DNA from: Eledone cirrhosa
Taxonomy: Eukaryota
NCBI GenBank assembly: GCA_964016885.1
Contig: CAXHJY010001528.1
Span: 62,001-126,000 of the forward strand
DNA length: 64,000 nt
Direction: 5' to 3'
Shown: in pieces, positions 1 to 13,888 of the stretch
Numbering within the stretch: position 1 is the stretch's first letter
How the letters are laid out: each line of letters begins with the position of its first letter
Position numbers and translations under genes: made by a program
The notes under the pieces: model-generated
Database searches by the model: none
Seen by the model: only the letters and a program-made list of their open reading frames with translations
Told to the model about the DNA's origin: nothing

Positions 1-121
1 CCACATGGGGCTTGTTTGGCTTTCTGAATGTCATATCTAATTTCAAAATTCCCTCGATCTTTTGAGTAGTGTTGTCCAACACTCTACCGATACTGCCAAT
101 CCGCCCTGTGTGCCTTTAATA

Positions 122-340
122 ATGGTTTCTTATATAGGCACAAGAACAGCAATTTTGGGGGAGGGGGAAGTCAATTAAATCGACCCCAGTGCGTGACTGG
201 TACTTTATTTTATCGACCCCGTAAGGATGAAAGGCAAAGTTAACCTCGGCGGGATTTGAACTCAGATCATAAAGGGCCGTAACTCTATGCTACAAAGCAT
301 GGCGTCCAACCCACTACCGATACTGCCAATCCACTGCCCT
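122..340 (-). mobile_element. tRNA-headed SINE with Meta-like central domain (about 20 full or partial copies in the window)
   Basis: A box TGGCAGTATCGG, B box GTTCAAATCC, then gcctttcatccttacggggtcgataaaataaagtaccag. Other copies near 1790, 10395, 12805, 27155, 30060, 30200, 31507, 36437, 38080, 38925, 40965, 41445, 47400, 50748, 60398 and 63755. Confidence 0.85.
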
Positions 341-753
341 CTATGTGCCTTTGATAATAAAGTTTGAGCGTTGAACTCACAATCTCACGATTGTGAGTTC
401 GATTTCCGGAACGGGCGGTGAACAAAACACTTTATTTTACATTGCTCCAGTTCATTCAGCTGGAAAAAATGAGTTACGACGTATCAGCCATTTTTTTCTT
501 TTTCCTAGGACAACATTTGTAGCGTATACAGGGGTGACTGGTATGCATGGGCGATTGCTTGTCTTCAACAAAAACACCTTGCCCTAGATTGTGTCTCCAA
601 GAACTTTCTGGGTGTAAATCCATGGTCATTCATGACCGAAAGGGGTCTACGACAATACTAGACTAAAAAGTCTTAGCCTCCCCCCCCCCTCCCTCCCCAC
701 CCCAAAAGAAGACCTATTATTTAAAAGTTTTATAGAAAGTTAATCTTACTAAC

Positions 754-811
754 CCTTGAAAGCATTGAATCAGAAACTGTTCCTAATGCATTTATTACGA
801 TTTCTTTGTAT
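754..811 (-). CDS. Gene 1 coding exon 6; gene continues beyond the left edge of the window
   Basis: ttcttacAG acceptor. Donor GTTAGT after 754, with an alternative GTAAG 4 nt further on. Encodes YKEIVINALGTVSDSMLSR, matching the recalled Y.E.E.NAL.T.WDL.L segment. The six exons give 222 codons with no stop. Confidence 0.8.
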
Positions 812-1654
812 CTGTAAGAAATAAAATAGAATATAAAATCTAATGATTTATTCGGAAGTATAAACGAAAGAGAGATATAATTGTGAGGTGAAGGAAGAAT
901 ACGTATTAACGTCTCTGAGCAGAGTGGGGCCTATTTGTCAGAGTAAGAATAGGCTGATTTCTACCTATATGTTACTCCTCATTTTCAGATTAAATAATAA
1001 GTGTCGGAGGAAGAAAGGTCACGAGGAAAACTCAACACTCTTAGCAGTATGGTATATCTCAGCAGCGCACCGCGGACAAGATGGCGAAAGCAATACCGCA
1101 GAGAATAGCTAACGATGTCCACTACATCAGCCATTCTACCTCGTAGAGCTCCTTCCCGGGGTGCAAAATACATACATACACACACACACATATATATATA
1201 TATGTGTGTGTGCGCGTACGTATACACATAAATGCATACATATATATATATACGTACGTACATACATACATATATATGTGTATATGTATATATATATATT
1301 TGAGTTGTGACGTCACTGGTGCCAAGATATATCGGCCTTTGCTTTCTCTTGGACAACGTCGGTGATGTGGAGAGTAGAGATTGGCATGCATGATCTTCCA
1401 TAAAGCACATTTGCCCGAGTTAGGACTTAGAGAGGAACTTTTCAGATGCAAACCTATGATTAATCACGACTCAGTTGAGACTGAGTAGGAGGGATCAAGG
1501 ATCGTGTCAGAAATAAGGTACTAAGGACAGTTCCAAGGCAATGTAGATTAAATAAAATTATTCCAACAGAGAATCAAAACTGGGACGAGGTCACGATTTT
1601 CCGGGAGCTTTATCTAACGTTCTACACTAGTGACAAAGAAATCAAGGTTCTTAC

Positions 1655-1686
1655 TTATGGTTGCTTCGTTCTGTATCCAGCAATAC
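1655..1686 (-). CDS. Gene 1 coding micro-exon 5 (32 nt)
   Basis: gtcAG acceptor and GTAAGA donor, phase 0 to 2. Encodes VLLDTERSNH(K), aligning with the recalled VFID..G..HN. Confidence 0.78.
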
Positions 1687-2390
1687 CTGACAATAAAATT
1701 ATATTTAATATTAAAACAGAGTAATAAAACAATACTGAGAATTTCAAGAGGGAAGGAATAGGAATTATATTGATTTCTAATTAAAGCAAAGAGCCAGCAA
1801 ATTTTGGAGGAAGGGCGAAGTTGATTAAATAGACTCCAGTACCTGACTAGTACTTTATTTTATCGACATCGGGAGGATGAATGACAAAGTTGACCACGGA
1901 CAGACATAGTCACACAATATATTGACATCTTAACAGAAGAAATGTATTAATCAGAAGGAAAATGACAGACATTGTGATACAGCCACGCCAAGTTGTTTTC
2001 TAAAAGCTAGCCGTAAAGTGAATTGGTCGGTAAACGAACGTCGCACTTAACGACCAAGATCCGTCCACCTATCTGGTCGTAAAGAGGATTGGTTGGTAAA
2101 GCAAACCTCAGTGGAATTTGAAATCAGAAAGTAACAAAATCAATTATATAAATATTTCCATTAACATTAATTGAACAAGAGACCAAGAGGTAGACCACGA
2201 GCAAGATGGTTGGATAACATCCATAAGATCGGCTGCTTCTGACAGGACCCTCTGGAAGGGGTGTCTAGGAACTCTGCCACCACGTTACTGCCAAGAAGAA
2301 GAAGAAGAAGAAGAAGAAGAAGAAGAAGAAGAAGAAGAAGAAACAATAACAACAACATAAATTTTGCAATAAAATCGTTGTCCCACTTAC

Positions 2391-2413
2391 CTGAAAAGCA
2401 TTATCTTGATAGA
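2391..2413 (-). CDS. Gene 1 coding micro-exon 4 (23 nt)
   Basis: Long polypyrimidine tract plus cAG, donor CAG|GTAAGT, phase 1 to 0. Encodes VYQDNAFQ, aligning with the recalled family segment IF.DNDFE. Confidence 0.82.
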
Positions 2414-2514
2414 CTGAAAAATAAGAATAAAAATAACAAGATTAATTTAAAATTTGTACAATAACAATGAGAGTTACTATGGGGATTGGCACAATCAAGA
2501 TGGATCTTGAACTA

Positions 2515-2667
2515 ATATCTGATTCTCACATATATCTGATCCTCACATATATCTGATTCTCACATATATCTGATCCTCGCATATATTTGATCCTTGCATA
2601 TATCTGTTCCTCACATATAACTGATCTTCGCATATATTTGATCCTCACTAATATCTTATCCTCACTA
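2515..2667. repeat. 17-bp minisatellite, about 9 copies, in a gene 1 intron
   Basis: Unit gatcctcacatatatct. Confidence 0.85.
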
Positions 2668-2744
2668 TAAGTAGACTGGCTGAACCCGGCTCAACACACT
2701 TTGGTTGAATTCTGATACAAGTACATTAAGTCCAGGATGCAAAG

Positions 2745-3025
2745 GAGATGTGCCTGACCTAGTGGTAAGGGTGCTGGACTTACGATCATTATGCCATGGG
2801 TTCAGTTTCTGGACTGGGTGATTTGTTGTGTTCTTGAGCAAAACACTTCATTTCATGTTGCTCCAGTATACTTAGCAGAAAACGAGTACCAGCAATAGCG
2901 GGGGTTTAACCCAGCAATAGAGAGGCGTCCTGTCCAGGGGAAGTATTGTACTCTCAGTCGATTCACGCCATGGAAACCGGGATAAGCATCGGCCTGGTGA
3001 GTCTCCGCGTTTGAGACAGACTTTA
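2745..3025 (+). mobile_element. tRNA-headed SINE with CORE-like middle
   Basis: Head followed by ttgtgttcttgagcaaaacacttcatttcatgttgctccagt. Other copies near 365-650, 15165-15320(-), 21455-21700(-), 29685-29980, 38400-38660(-), 51400-51745(-), 55895-56000 and 58080-58585(-). Confidence 0.75.
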
Positions 3026-3104
3026 GAATTTTAGGATGAAAAAGAATAATATCTAAATATAGTTAAAAGATATCAACTAATAAATCAAAATGTATAATAG
3101 TTAC

Positions 3105-3242
3105 CTGTGGTATCATGTAAGGTCTTGTTGCCCCAAACATCAGTATCTTGTAAACGGGCTGCCACATAGAGATAAGTATCATCCCAACGTAGTTTCACCA
3201 TTGTTTCAAATCTTGGCAGTGGGAAATCTTCTCCACGTGTAT
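3105..3242 (-). CDS. Gene 1 coding exon 3 (not in the ORF track)
   Basis: cttAG acceptor and GTAAC donor, 138 nt, phase 1 to 1. Encodes DTRGEDFPLPRFETMVKLRWDDTYLYVAARLQDTDVWGNKTLHDTT, with the T.VK..WDD.YLY.AA hallmark of CBM9-like domains. Confidence 0.9.
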
Positions 3243-3351
3243 CTAAGTTTTATCATAGGTATATTTAACATTTGATAAAAATATTTACCATTTGATAAAA
3301 ATATTTAGCATTTGATAAAAATAATACAGCCAATGGGCGCATGCAAATTAG

Positions 3352-3400
<49 letters not shown>

Positions 3401-3403
<3 letters not shown>

Positions 3404-3605
3404 AAAAATTATGACCCCGACGGCAGAGCTCAAGCCGTTTCGATGGCTATTTCTGGACTCAGAAATAGTCCAGAAATAGCCGTCGAAACGGCTTGAGCTC
3501 TGCCGTCGGGGTCATACTTTTTCCTATTTCCCACTCTACTACCCTAAGTATTGAGTACTCTGGTGCGTTATGGTCCATCTGGTTCCTTACCACAATTCCT
3601 TTGTT
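3401..3605 (+). mobile_element. Fold-back insert, family A (putative PLE inverted terminus plus tail), in (TA)n
   Basis: Inverted arms of ~59 bp followed by an ~80-bp unpaired tail, flanked by TA repeats. Five copies in this window. Confidence 0.7.
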
Positions 3606-3619
3606 TTATATATATATAT

Positions 3620-3885
3620 TATAGAAAACGAAGAATCAGTGATGCATCGAAACACAATTTATTAACATATTGCAATTGTTTCTCCAGCGAATAGTCAGGT
3701 TCGATCCACAAATAGATCGTACCTCGAGCTGCTCGCCGGAGAAACAATTGTAATATGTTAATAAATTGTGTTTCGATGTATCACTGATTTTTCGTTTTCT
3801 ATAATATTATACTCTGCTCTGAAGGAGCATAGAGTGCTCAACCGGCATACCGCCTATGGACGCATCTAAGCAACCTTACAACAAA
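3620..3885 (+). mobile_element. Fold-back insert, family B (putative PLE terminus), in (TA)n
   Basis: Inverted arms of ~70 bp containing GAAAC-AATT-GTA, plus a tail. Homologous to 26569-26890. Confidence 0.65.
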
Positions 3886-4173
3886 TATATATATATATAA
3901 ACACACGTCGTGTGTTTTGCTATATCTTTCTCTGGCTTTGCCGGGTCGCACCTCGCTCGTCTCGCAAGCTCTAGCGTCTTGAGTTTGGCTGTATCTTTCT
4001 TTGTTGAGATATTTGTTCTGCATTGAGTAACAGACACTCCCGTGTCCCTTGCCTCGCTGTAAATCAGTGATTAACTCGTTTGAAATATATAGCCAAGGGC
4101 TTTATTGTTATTCAGCAATAGCTATAAAAAAATATACAGAAGGAAAAAAAATAACGAATTCTTATTCACATAC

Positions 4174-4337
4174 CGACAAATGGTTTTGCCCAGTGTACTT
4201 CTGTCCAGGCAGTTTCCTCCAAAAGACCATCCACTTCGATTGGTAGCTGTGCCGTGTGATAGACGATATAATTACGTGACGTCAGCAGATCACATGTCAC
4301 AGCTTTACAAACCTCATCTTCACAATGACGTAAAAAT
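4174..4337 (-). CDS. Gene 1 coding exon 2, start of CBM9-like domain
   Basis: tttAG acceptor and GTATGT donor, phase 2 to 1. Encodes ...SRNYIVYHTAQLPIEVDGLLEETAWTEVHWAKPFV, matching the recalled I.IDG.LDE.AW....W...F.D motif of CBM9-like proteins. Confidence 0.88.
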
Positions 4338-4443
4338 CTAAACAAAACCATAAGATTATTAGAAAAAAATCATATCGTTGTTGTAGATATTTTTTGTCAT
4401 TGTTATTGTTGTCGTCGTTATGTATATATGTATGTATATGTGC

Positions 4444-4483
<40 letters not shown>

Positions 4484-4499
4484 ATGTATGTGTATTCAT

Positions 4500-4753
4500 A
4501 AAACACATCGGACGTATTGTAGAATATCGTCCGGTTTGTCCAGGTCTGTATTTTAACCTGTTAGTTCTTTCGTTACTTTGGTATTGTGTGGTTGGGTTTT
4601 GCCTACCGCAATTTTCAATTTGTCAAGGTATTTAAACGTATGTTATTACTCTAAGGACCTCCTACCCTTATTGAGTGCTTTGCTAACTCATTCCTATTGT
4701 AGGTCGACTTTGCTTGGCCACAGCCAAAGCTTCGATTTTATTAAGCTTCCACT

Positions 4754-4756
<3 letters not shown>
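4500..4756 (+). mobile_element. TA-embedded tail fragment, family C (second copy at 46820-46960)
   Basis: Shares aaacgta..gttattactct...gagtgct..gcta...gcttggcc.c...aaagcttcg with 46820-46960. Both end in (TA)n. Confidence 0.5.
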
Positions 4757-4799
<43 letters not shown>

Positions 4800-4897
4800 T
4801 ACAATATGTTGAAAAGGTAACACACCAGAGAGAGATATACAGTGCGCTATCAATAAAACAGGGAAAAGCGAGGGCCTATGCCTCCGTTAATTTATCG

Positions 4898-4934
<37 letters not shown>

Positions 4935-4937
4935 ATG

Positions 4938-5091
<154 letters not shown>

Positions 5092-5125
5092 GGTGTGTGT
5101 GTGGGTGTGTGTGTATGTATGTATG

Positions 5126-5156
<31 letters not shown>

Positions 5157-5271
5157 ATGTATTCAGTTGAAGAAAGCTGGTTGATCAAAAACTTATTCTT
5201 AAACCGACGTGAAGCACTGCACTATTTGTGTTCCTTAATATTTTCTCGGTAAGGTATCGTCCGGAGTTTTA

Positions 5272-5336
<65 letters not shown>

Positions 5337-5565
5337 TCAAGAATAGATAAGACAAACACAGACATACAAAAATACAAAGTCTTATTAGTTTAATGCTTAG
5401 GAAGAAGTAAATGAGGGTTTCGACGTATCGGACCTAAGTTCTTCTTCGGAAAGAGAGAGAGAGAGGGGGGGTGGGGTGGAACAAAGGGGTTTGGAAAAAA
5501 AATGATGCAAAACACAAGTATATGTATGCCGTTATGAGGTTACGTGAAAAAAGTAAAAGGTTTAC

Positions 5566-5816
5566 CTCCTCACTTCAACATTAGCCTTTACATCCTTCCT
5601 CTGGCATGACTTGTGTTGGCTCGATTTTGAGTCGTCAACTTGAATAAATTTACTAAATTCAGCAGCGTTGTTAAATTGGTGTGACATCATCAGGTAATAA
5701 CCCAACATCACACCACATCCTACACACAACACAGCCAGTACAACAATGACAATTATCAAAGAAGGAACACTGATGTGGAACGGATTCTTCTTCTCTTCGT
5801 TCTCTTCCGAAGCCAT
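5566..5816 (-). CDS. Gene 1, first coding exon: type II membrane CBM9-like (DOMON-type) domain protein; short N-terminus, TM helix and stalk
   Basis: ATG at 5816. Reads MASEENEEKKNPFHISVPSLIIVIVVLAVLCVGCGVMLGYYLMM..., with one hydrophobic stretch of ~24 aa. Upstream acceptor ttccAG (exon starts 5822). Donor GTAAA after 5566, phase 2. Confidence 0.8.
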
Positions 5817-6576
5817 TATTTACTGGAAATACAACAACAAAATACGTGTAAATGAAACAATAATAGAATCAGTAGAGCGTCGGACAACATGCTTTGCGGC
5901 TAAGAGTTACGGGCTTTTACACTTTGAGTTCAAATCCCACCGAGGTTAGTTTGCCTTTCATCTTAATTTAAACATTTCATTGCCTATTTCAAATGAAAGA
6001 CACTATCAATAAACTTCATGCAATTTTTTAAATAATCAAGTATTTGTAATGATTTAAAGTTGGTGTGTGGAACATAACTTAACAAAGGTTCTTACATAAA
6101 ATTATGATGGAAGGCTTTTAGATAAATATAAACACTTTAAAATAAACAGTTTTGTATCATAGGACCAGGGACGGTTTCTTGCAGTTTGGAAGCAATCTAG
6201 TAACTTCAAAAATTAGATTGGCAAAATTATTAGAACGTCGGATAAAATGCTTTGCAGTATTTATTCCGGCTCTTTACATTCTGATTTCAAATCCTGTTAT
6301 TTTATATTTGTAAGATTTTCAATAAAACAAAGTTTTTTCTTGCTTAACATTGGATCTATGTGGGGCAAAAAAATAGAAAAAGGAAGCAAATAACAATATT
6401 ATGTAAAAAAAAAAAACAAAAAAAAAACATATTTACCTGGAAAGAAAATATTTTAAAAAATTAATCATACATATCATATACAGATTTCAGGATAATGTTT
6501 GAAACGAATAAAGATGAAAAACGCTTATTTAGACTGCATTCTTTAAATGTTTTTTGTTTGTTTTGTTATGTTTTTT

Positions 6577-7042
6577 AAGGGTCAGTGGGTATTTCGTTTT
6601 AAGTAGACATTGCGTATCACTGAATTTCGGCAATCTCCGGCCATTTTTGGCAATCACCGTACATAATCGTCGAACAATGAAATGAATAAAATGATTGAAA
6701 GGGATGAATATGAAGGTAATAGGATAATAAAATGAATGGTGTACCTGATTAATCTATATATATGAATTCCGAATGATTTGTTTGTAAAATAAAAGTATAT
6801 ATTGCAACAAACATGGGACATCACTTTCTCTATGTTGCACATCTCTGCAAGAATTTTGTATATATGTAAATTCAGAACGATTTTTAAATTTTAAATAAAT
6901 TAAAAAAATTTAATTATGTTTGATAATAATTAAAAACGATATGAAAGACAATTATTGTAATTGATTTAAATTATACAAAATTGTCGGAGATTGCCGAAAT
7001 TTTGGAATACACAATGTCTACTTAAAGCGAAAGAATGCCCTT
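6577..7042. mobile_element. Non-autonomous DNA transposon with ~60-bp inverted termini, upstream of gene 1
   Basis: tttcgttttaagtagacattgcgtat...aatttcggcaatctccg at the left is matched by its reverse complement at 6976-7032. Ends are aaggg...ccctt. Confidence 0.65.
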
Positions 7043-7724
7043 TTTGTTGTTGTTGTTGTTGTTGTTGTTAGTCTTATAAATCCTGATTATTTAAAAAGAA
7101 ATTGCTGAAAAAAAAAACTGAGAAAGAAAAGAAATAAGAATTATCCGAAATAATTATTTTCTCTAAAATATATTGAAAAATCATATATTGTAAATATTGA
7201 AATTCAAATAATATTGAAGAAAATTCACATGTTATGTATTTGCCAGAGTTTGATAATGTTTGTTTCTATCACTTACTTCGATATCGTCTGCTTTTACACA
7301 ATTCAATCAACCTTGTGCCGTGTATGTCGGTGCCAATATATAACAGGATTTAAACACTGGATAGTGAGCAGACGATTATATGACGATGAAGATTGACAAA
7401 GACTTCGAAATAATAAACTCATAGACTTGAGTTTATGTAAAGATAAAAAGAAGAAAAATATCTTTGGTATATATAAAATAAAATAAAAACAAAACAAAAC
7501 CCCCCCACTGTTGTTTGATATTGGTGTCGGCTTTGAAATATAATTTGGCTACGGAAAGGGTAAATCCGTACGACAGAAGGTCAAGATGGCCTTTGATAGA
7601 ATAAAGATGATGAAGAACGTACCATTTGTGTGTGTATGTGTGTGTGAGAGAGAGGGAGAGAGTACGTCTGTGTATGTATGTGTGGTTTTGAGTATATGTA
7701 TATGTGGGTTGCGGTGAGTATGAT

Positions 7725-7812
<88 letters not shown>

Positions 7813-10537
7813 ACACACATATATACATACATCTGTATATATCAAGAGTTAAACTAATATATTTCTTCGTTGTTTTATGTATGTACGTACGTACGTACGT
7901 ATGTAGGTACATATGTAGATAGATACATATATATATGTGTGTTTTTCTCTCTCTCTCTATCTCTATCTCTATCTATCTCTCTCTCTCTCTGAGAATATGT
8001 GTGTGTTAGCATATATTTATATGTCTTTATGTGTCTATGATAATTCCAATTAACTTTAGTGTTTGAGGTGATTTACTGATTCACTTGTGTGGTTTACGTC
8101 TACCACGATGTACTTGTGTGCGTGTGTTTCCACCGCTAGCACTGCTGATGTCATATGAGAGTGAACCAAGCTAAATATGACAAAGGAACTGGTTGTGGGA
8201 TTAACCGATGTTCTGTCTAAGGTGTGAGACGACGAGGATTGGAAAGACTTCAAAGCGACTATCAGCTAAATCGAAAGGTCATCAACGTCATTCGCATCAT
8301 CTGGTATTTACATACACTGTATACACACACACACTTACACAGAGAGATGGTTGGAGACACCATTGGGCCACCTAGGCAGCCGCCTACGGCGCAGACCTCA
8401 GAGGGAAACATTACTGAACTTTAAAGAATTGCAGTTTTATATAAGATTTTATAATTATATTGAATATATATTTTCCTGTGATCAGTAAATACATCACTAA
8501 ACATCTTTGTTACATAACAGAGTTGTGGAAATATCCAATGTGGTGGAGAGAGCCATATAGTGTCATGACATACCACATGATTTAGAGTAGGTGAGTGTGA
8601 CTATATAGTAGAAATTGAAGGTTTAGAAATTGAAGGTTTAGTTCTTAATGTGGTTAAAATATAAAGTGTCAAAAGGTCAATTTACCAAACTGTAAAGTGA
8701 AATTGTTTTATTTGAGACAAAGGGGACACATGGCATCTAGTCCGACACTAACAATGTCTGTCAATGTGCTACTCAAGGCCGATACTTAATTCGCGGCTCA
8801 TAGTTACCTTTAAAACTAACCGCAATCAGTTGATTCACAACTCACAGCTAACTTAAAGCTAAATGTAATCAACTGATTAGCTTAATCCACAGCCTATAAC
8901 TACCTTTAAAACCATCTGCGGTTAATTGATCCATACATTGAATCCCTCTTTCAGCTCAAATATCGTTGTGGAGCGAATGTTTTAAAAAATACATCTCATT
9001 CTAGCGCCTATTTGAACCCATGATCAATGCAGAGAGAAAATTACTGATACAATATCTGAGCTATGGTTCCCGCTCAATAAACCCATAGCCAGATAGAAGA
9101 AGAAGATGATCTTACATCAAAGAATCAAGACAATACAATACATGACAGGAATAGAAATGTCCCCTGCTTCATTTATCTGCTTGTATATTGTCTGCCCCGC
9201 CCATCATTCACTCACTCACTCCTTCTTTCTTCCCTCTTCCCCCTTTCTTTCACCTTCCTATTTTAAACCTACTTTTTTTTTTTACCACTGAAAACTCATG
9301 TCAACGTAATTGTGGTTACTTCAATTATAAACTTCAATTATAAACTTAGATTCAATATTAAGAAACATGATAAAACATGAACCAGAATACATTGGGTCTA
9401 TTTTAAGGAAATCTTCCACCACACCAATACTGAACCATACACTCAAATGTTGCTGTTGCTATTGTTGCTACTACGGTTGCTGTCGCTGCTGTTGTTGTTG
9501 TTGTTGCTGTCGCTGTTGTTGTTGTTGTTGCTGTCGCTGTTGTTGTTGTTGTTGTTGCTGCTGTTGCTGTCGCTGTTGTTGTTGTTGTTGTTGCTGTTGC
9601 TGTTGTTGTTACTGCTACTGTCGTTACTGTTGCTGTCGCTGTTGTTGTTGCTGTTGCTGTTGTTGTTGCTGTTGTTGTTGTTGTTGCTGCTGTTGCAATT
9701 GTTTTTACTGTTGCTGCTGCTACTGTTGTTACTGGTATTACTGTTGTTGTTGTTGCTATTGTTGCTGTTGCTAATGTTGTTGTTATTGTTGTCGTTGCTG
9801 TTGTTGTTGTTGTTGCTACTGTTGTTCTTGCTGTTGTTGTTGTTCTTGTTGCTGCTGCTGTTTTTATTGTCGCTGCTGCTATTGATACTGATGATGGAGA
9901 TGATGAGGATGATGATGATGATATTATTTATTTGTTATTGATTTACAGGTTTTAGTCGACAGACTGCGACCATGCTGGAGCACCGCCTTACTACTACTCC
10001 TACTACTACTACTAACTGCTACTACTGTTGACTAATCTCAATGAACAGCTCAAACATGAAATCAATCTACTCATGTCATGGCTTGGGATTAAATAAATAA
10101 ATAAATAGATACATAGATAAATAAATAAAATAAAAGAGAGAAATGGTGTGACCAAAATCTCATGGAATTTACTGAGAACAATTGTTCCTACAGCCTTACA
10201 CTGATTATCACATTCACAGAAAGATTACTGAGTCGTGCCGAGCTGTAGAATATATCCATAGGACATGATACATACAGTGACAAAGAGCTTTTTTTTTATA
10301 TATTAAATAGCAAGCAGCCATATTTAATAAGTGTAATGACTTAAGTATGTACACCTTAGTCACAGCGACAAGCGGTTTATTTCACGAATAAGGCGGCGAA
10401 TTGGCAGAGTCGTTATGGCATCGGGTAGAATGTTTTGTAGTATTCATTCCGGCTCCCTGTTCAAAACCCACCGAGGTTAGCTTCATCCTTTCGAGGTCGA
10501 TAAACGTAAAGACAGTCAAGCACTGGGGTAGTTTTCA

Positions 10538-10870
<333 letters not shown>

Positions 10871-10980
10871 AGAGAATACATGAAAAGAACATGCTTTTTC
10901 ATTACAGGGTAGTATTTTTACCACAATGAGCTCATTATATTACAGGAAACAACGCGAGTCCTTTACTCCGTTGCTTCATT

Positions 10981-11074
<94 letters not shown>

Positions 11075-13560
11075 CCAAGCGGGAAACTAATAAACTTTGT
11101 TATTGCACATCTTGTTCGTTCGTTTGTTTTGATATATATATATATGCAAAATATAAACTGAAATAACAAAGCAAATGACACAGTATAATGAAGAAATATA
11201 TTAGTTTAACTCTTGATATAGTAGGAAAAGAGTCATTACGTTTCGGATACTAGTCATATATGTATGCATAAGAAAGATTTCGCAAATGCACTTCGGATAT
11301 CTTTAAGAGTTTCTTTTATTTCTTTAAAATGTATTATGGCGTTGGTTCTCAACCCAGTAGTACTGGAAGTTTGTGTTACAAATGTTACAAATTGTGTTAC
11401 AAATTTCAAGTACTTTGATAAAAATAAAACACACAACAAACTAACGCTATCGTGTATCTAATACGCTATCGTGTATCTATTCTTCTCTAAGTATAAAGAA
11501 ATCTCTTGATTATTAATCTCGCTATTCGCTGTATAACAAACTACTAAGGAAGAAATTGCAGAAGTTGTATCTTTATATAGAAAGGGGTTGCTTACATTTA
11601 GATGTGTTTAATTGACCGAATGTTTAGTGAAACTCTTTGGTAAATCCTAGACAGTAATTAAATAATTAACAATAAAGAGAAAAACAATATTTTCATCGTG
11701 AAATAGTTTTAGATAAAAGGGTCTACCGAAAGGTTTATAGGCCGAAAAGTTCACAAGCTGACAAAGATACTCTCATGGAATGACCAAATGAGGTTTATTT
11801 TTCAACATAGTCCCTCCCTGGAAAGAAACAATGCAGTTACCAATAGGAAGAGTTGAAATTAATGCATGCAAGATTTCACAGCTCTAGCATCATTCCTTCA
11901 CAGTCAGCCTATGAACTTTTCAGCCGACCGTCGTATATCATTCTCAGAAGGTGTAATAGATTTATCTGCCTCGACAAAGTATATTAACATGATTGGACCT
12001 GTACGTGTAATTATGAGAAGCTTTTGTCATGGGAACTCTATGAGTAGTAACGGCTTGCATTGTTTCATAGATTTATTACAAATCTATGGAGAAGATCATG
12101 TTTGCTGTATTAGTTAAATGAACATACTTGAAGAATCTTCGGGTAGGTACTTCATAAGACATGCTTTGCAACAGCAACAATCCTAGAATAGAAGTAGTTT
12201 TAAAAGTATCAGGTTTTATGTAAATATTTAATAATTTAGGAGTGTTGATGTGTATGCATCGATCGTAGTGCACTGCACTAAATAAATATCTTAAAAGTTT
12301 TTGGTTTCATTTCACTGGTTTAAGAGTTCAAGTTCCGCTTGTGTTGATTCCTTTCAGGAGTCTATATAATTAATTATATCTTCATTTCAAATATCATTGC
12401 TTCGATTAATGAATAAATTATTAAATATGTTTATAATATAATAATGATAAAATCCAAGAAAAATGCAACACAGAGAGATCGAACCTTAGACCTTAGGATT
12501 ACGAAGCGAACATTTTAACCTTAATGTCAACTAATTTCTATACATTAGGAAGTCTCTACACAAATATGATGGTCAGCTAAGAATACAATTCACCTTTAAT
12601 TGTTTTCAGAAGAAGGAGGGGTAATAAATTATTCAGCTTGAGAAGAGCTATTACTATCGAAATAAAGAAAGTATTTGAGGAAGAATTTTGTTGAAGTATA
12701 TAATATATTTCAGTTCGATAATCGGATTGATCGGAAACAAATACATAACATTGCAAGCGGAGAAAAAGATAACGTCTTTTAATTTTAATATTCATAATTT
12801 AAATGGTTGTTTCTACTTTTGGCACAAGGTCAGCAATTACCCAGTGTATTACTGGTACTTTATTTTATCGACCCCGTAACGATGAAAGGCAAAGTTAATA
12901 ATTTCATACAATTTGGGTATCTAAACAAGGTTGACATCAAACTCTTCATTACATCATCGTTTCTAAGTAAGGCATTAGGTATCATAGAATTAGGTGGGAC
13001 ACTGTTTGTTTGCATTTAAAATTAACCCTAAAAGAAAGTGGATTTTAAATTGTTAAACTGATAATTAGACAGCCTAATGAGCGACACATCACGATTAGCT
13101 TGTTCGTGCAATTAGCAAAGAAAGTAAGGTAAAAAGAATGATGGTGATGATAATAATATAGGTAGTTTAAATACTGATGATAGTTTTCGTTTAGTTCGAT
13201 TATAATAACACCTGTCGTTTTAAGTCCTTTTGAAGATAAAATCAATAAACCACTAACACATATTCCTCTATGCCAAGGTATTTATGTACATATTTGTTCA
13301 TATATATCATTTTACATCCTGAGAGAGTGTTTGTGCGTCAGTTTTGTTGTTTGAAAAATATTCCTCCCAGCTTTTCACCAATCAAAATTCCTCAAATATA
13401 TTTTTGCCAATCTTTAAATAATTTTCGTAAAATAATTTCGAATGCTTTAGTTTTCTGTAAATCTAACCGTTCATTGTTGATCGTAGAAGAATTTCCATAG
13501 GTTTCTTTCTAACCAAAGAAACACAGCAATTAACTTTATAGTGAACTGAAGCCTTACAAA

Positions 13561-13888
13561 ATGATGACAGTTTTCTTACTGTCGACCATAATGATTTTAT
13601 TGTCATCGTTTGAAAGTGTTGAACCAAAGGGAGAACTAGATCAAAGGATATTCTATGCGATGCCATTTTACCGTTACAATTTACCACCTGGTCGAGGGGA
13701 TGACTTAGGGACTTATCCTTGCCAATCTGTTCAACACGGAACATTGATTTGTCTTTCTGTGAAACACTGTAGCTCTTTCGTTTTCAAAAATGGTTTGAAT
13801 CCTTCGTGTAAGTTATACAGTATCCTTCCAGAAGACGGATTATCATTGGAACATAACACCGATTACCAAATCTATTACTCTTTAGAAG
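13561..13888 (+). CDS. Gene 2 coding exon 1: signal peptide and PAN/Apple-like domain of a secreted protein
   Basis: MMTVFLLSTIMILLSSFES is a signal-like start. C-x5-C-x-SF-x-F...C-x-LY is a PAN/Apple-like pattern. Donor G|GTAAGC, phase 1. An acceptor (ttccatAG) at 13499-13500 implies an upstream UTR exon. Confidence 0.85.

Noticed and set aside
122-340. Functional tRNA genes at GTTCAAATCC motifs
   Set aside because: All continue into the same SINE body and tail and lack a complete acceptor stem.
888-1170. GC-richer segment with ORFs 888-1112 and 985-1410 as an extra exon
   Set aside because: No recognisable protein motif, and gene 1 splices across it without a gap in the domain alignment. 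Probably an unclassified repeat.
3533-3559. SECIS element interpretation of the conserved hairpin
   Set aside because: It lacks the AUGA/GA quartet and apical AA, and is too short.
8521-8590. Coding exon
   Set aside because: Stops in all three plus frames. Retained only as a possible UTR exon.
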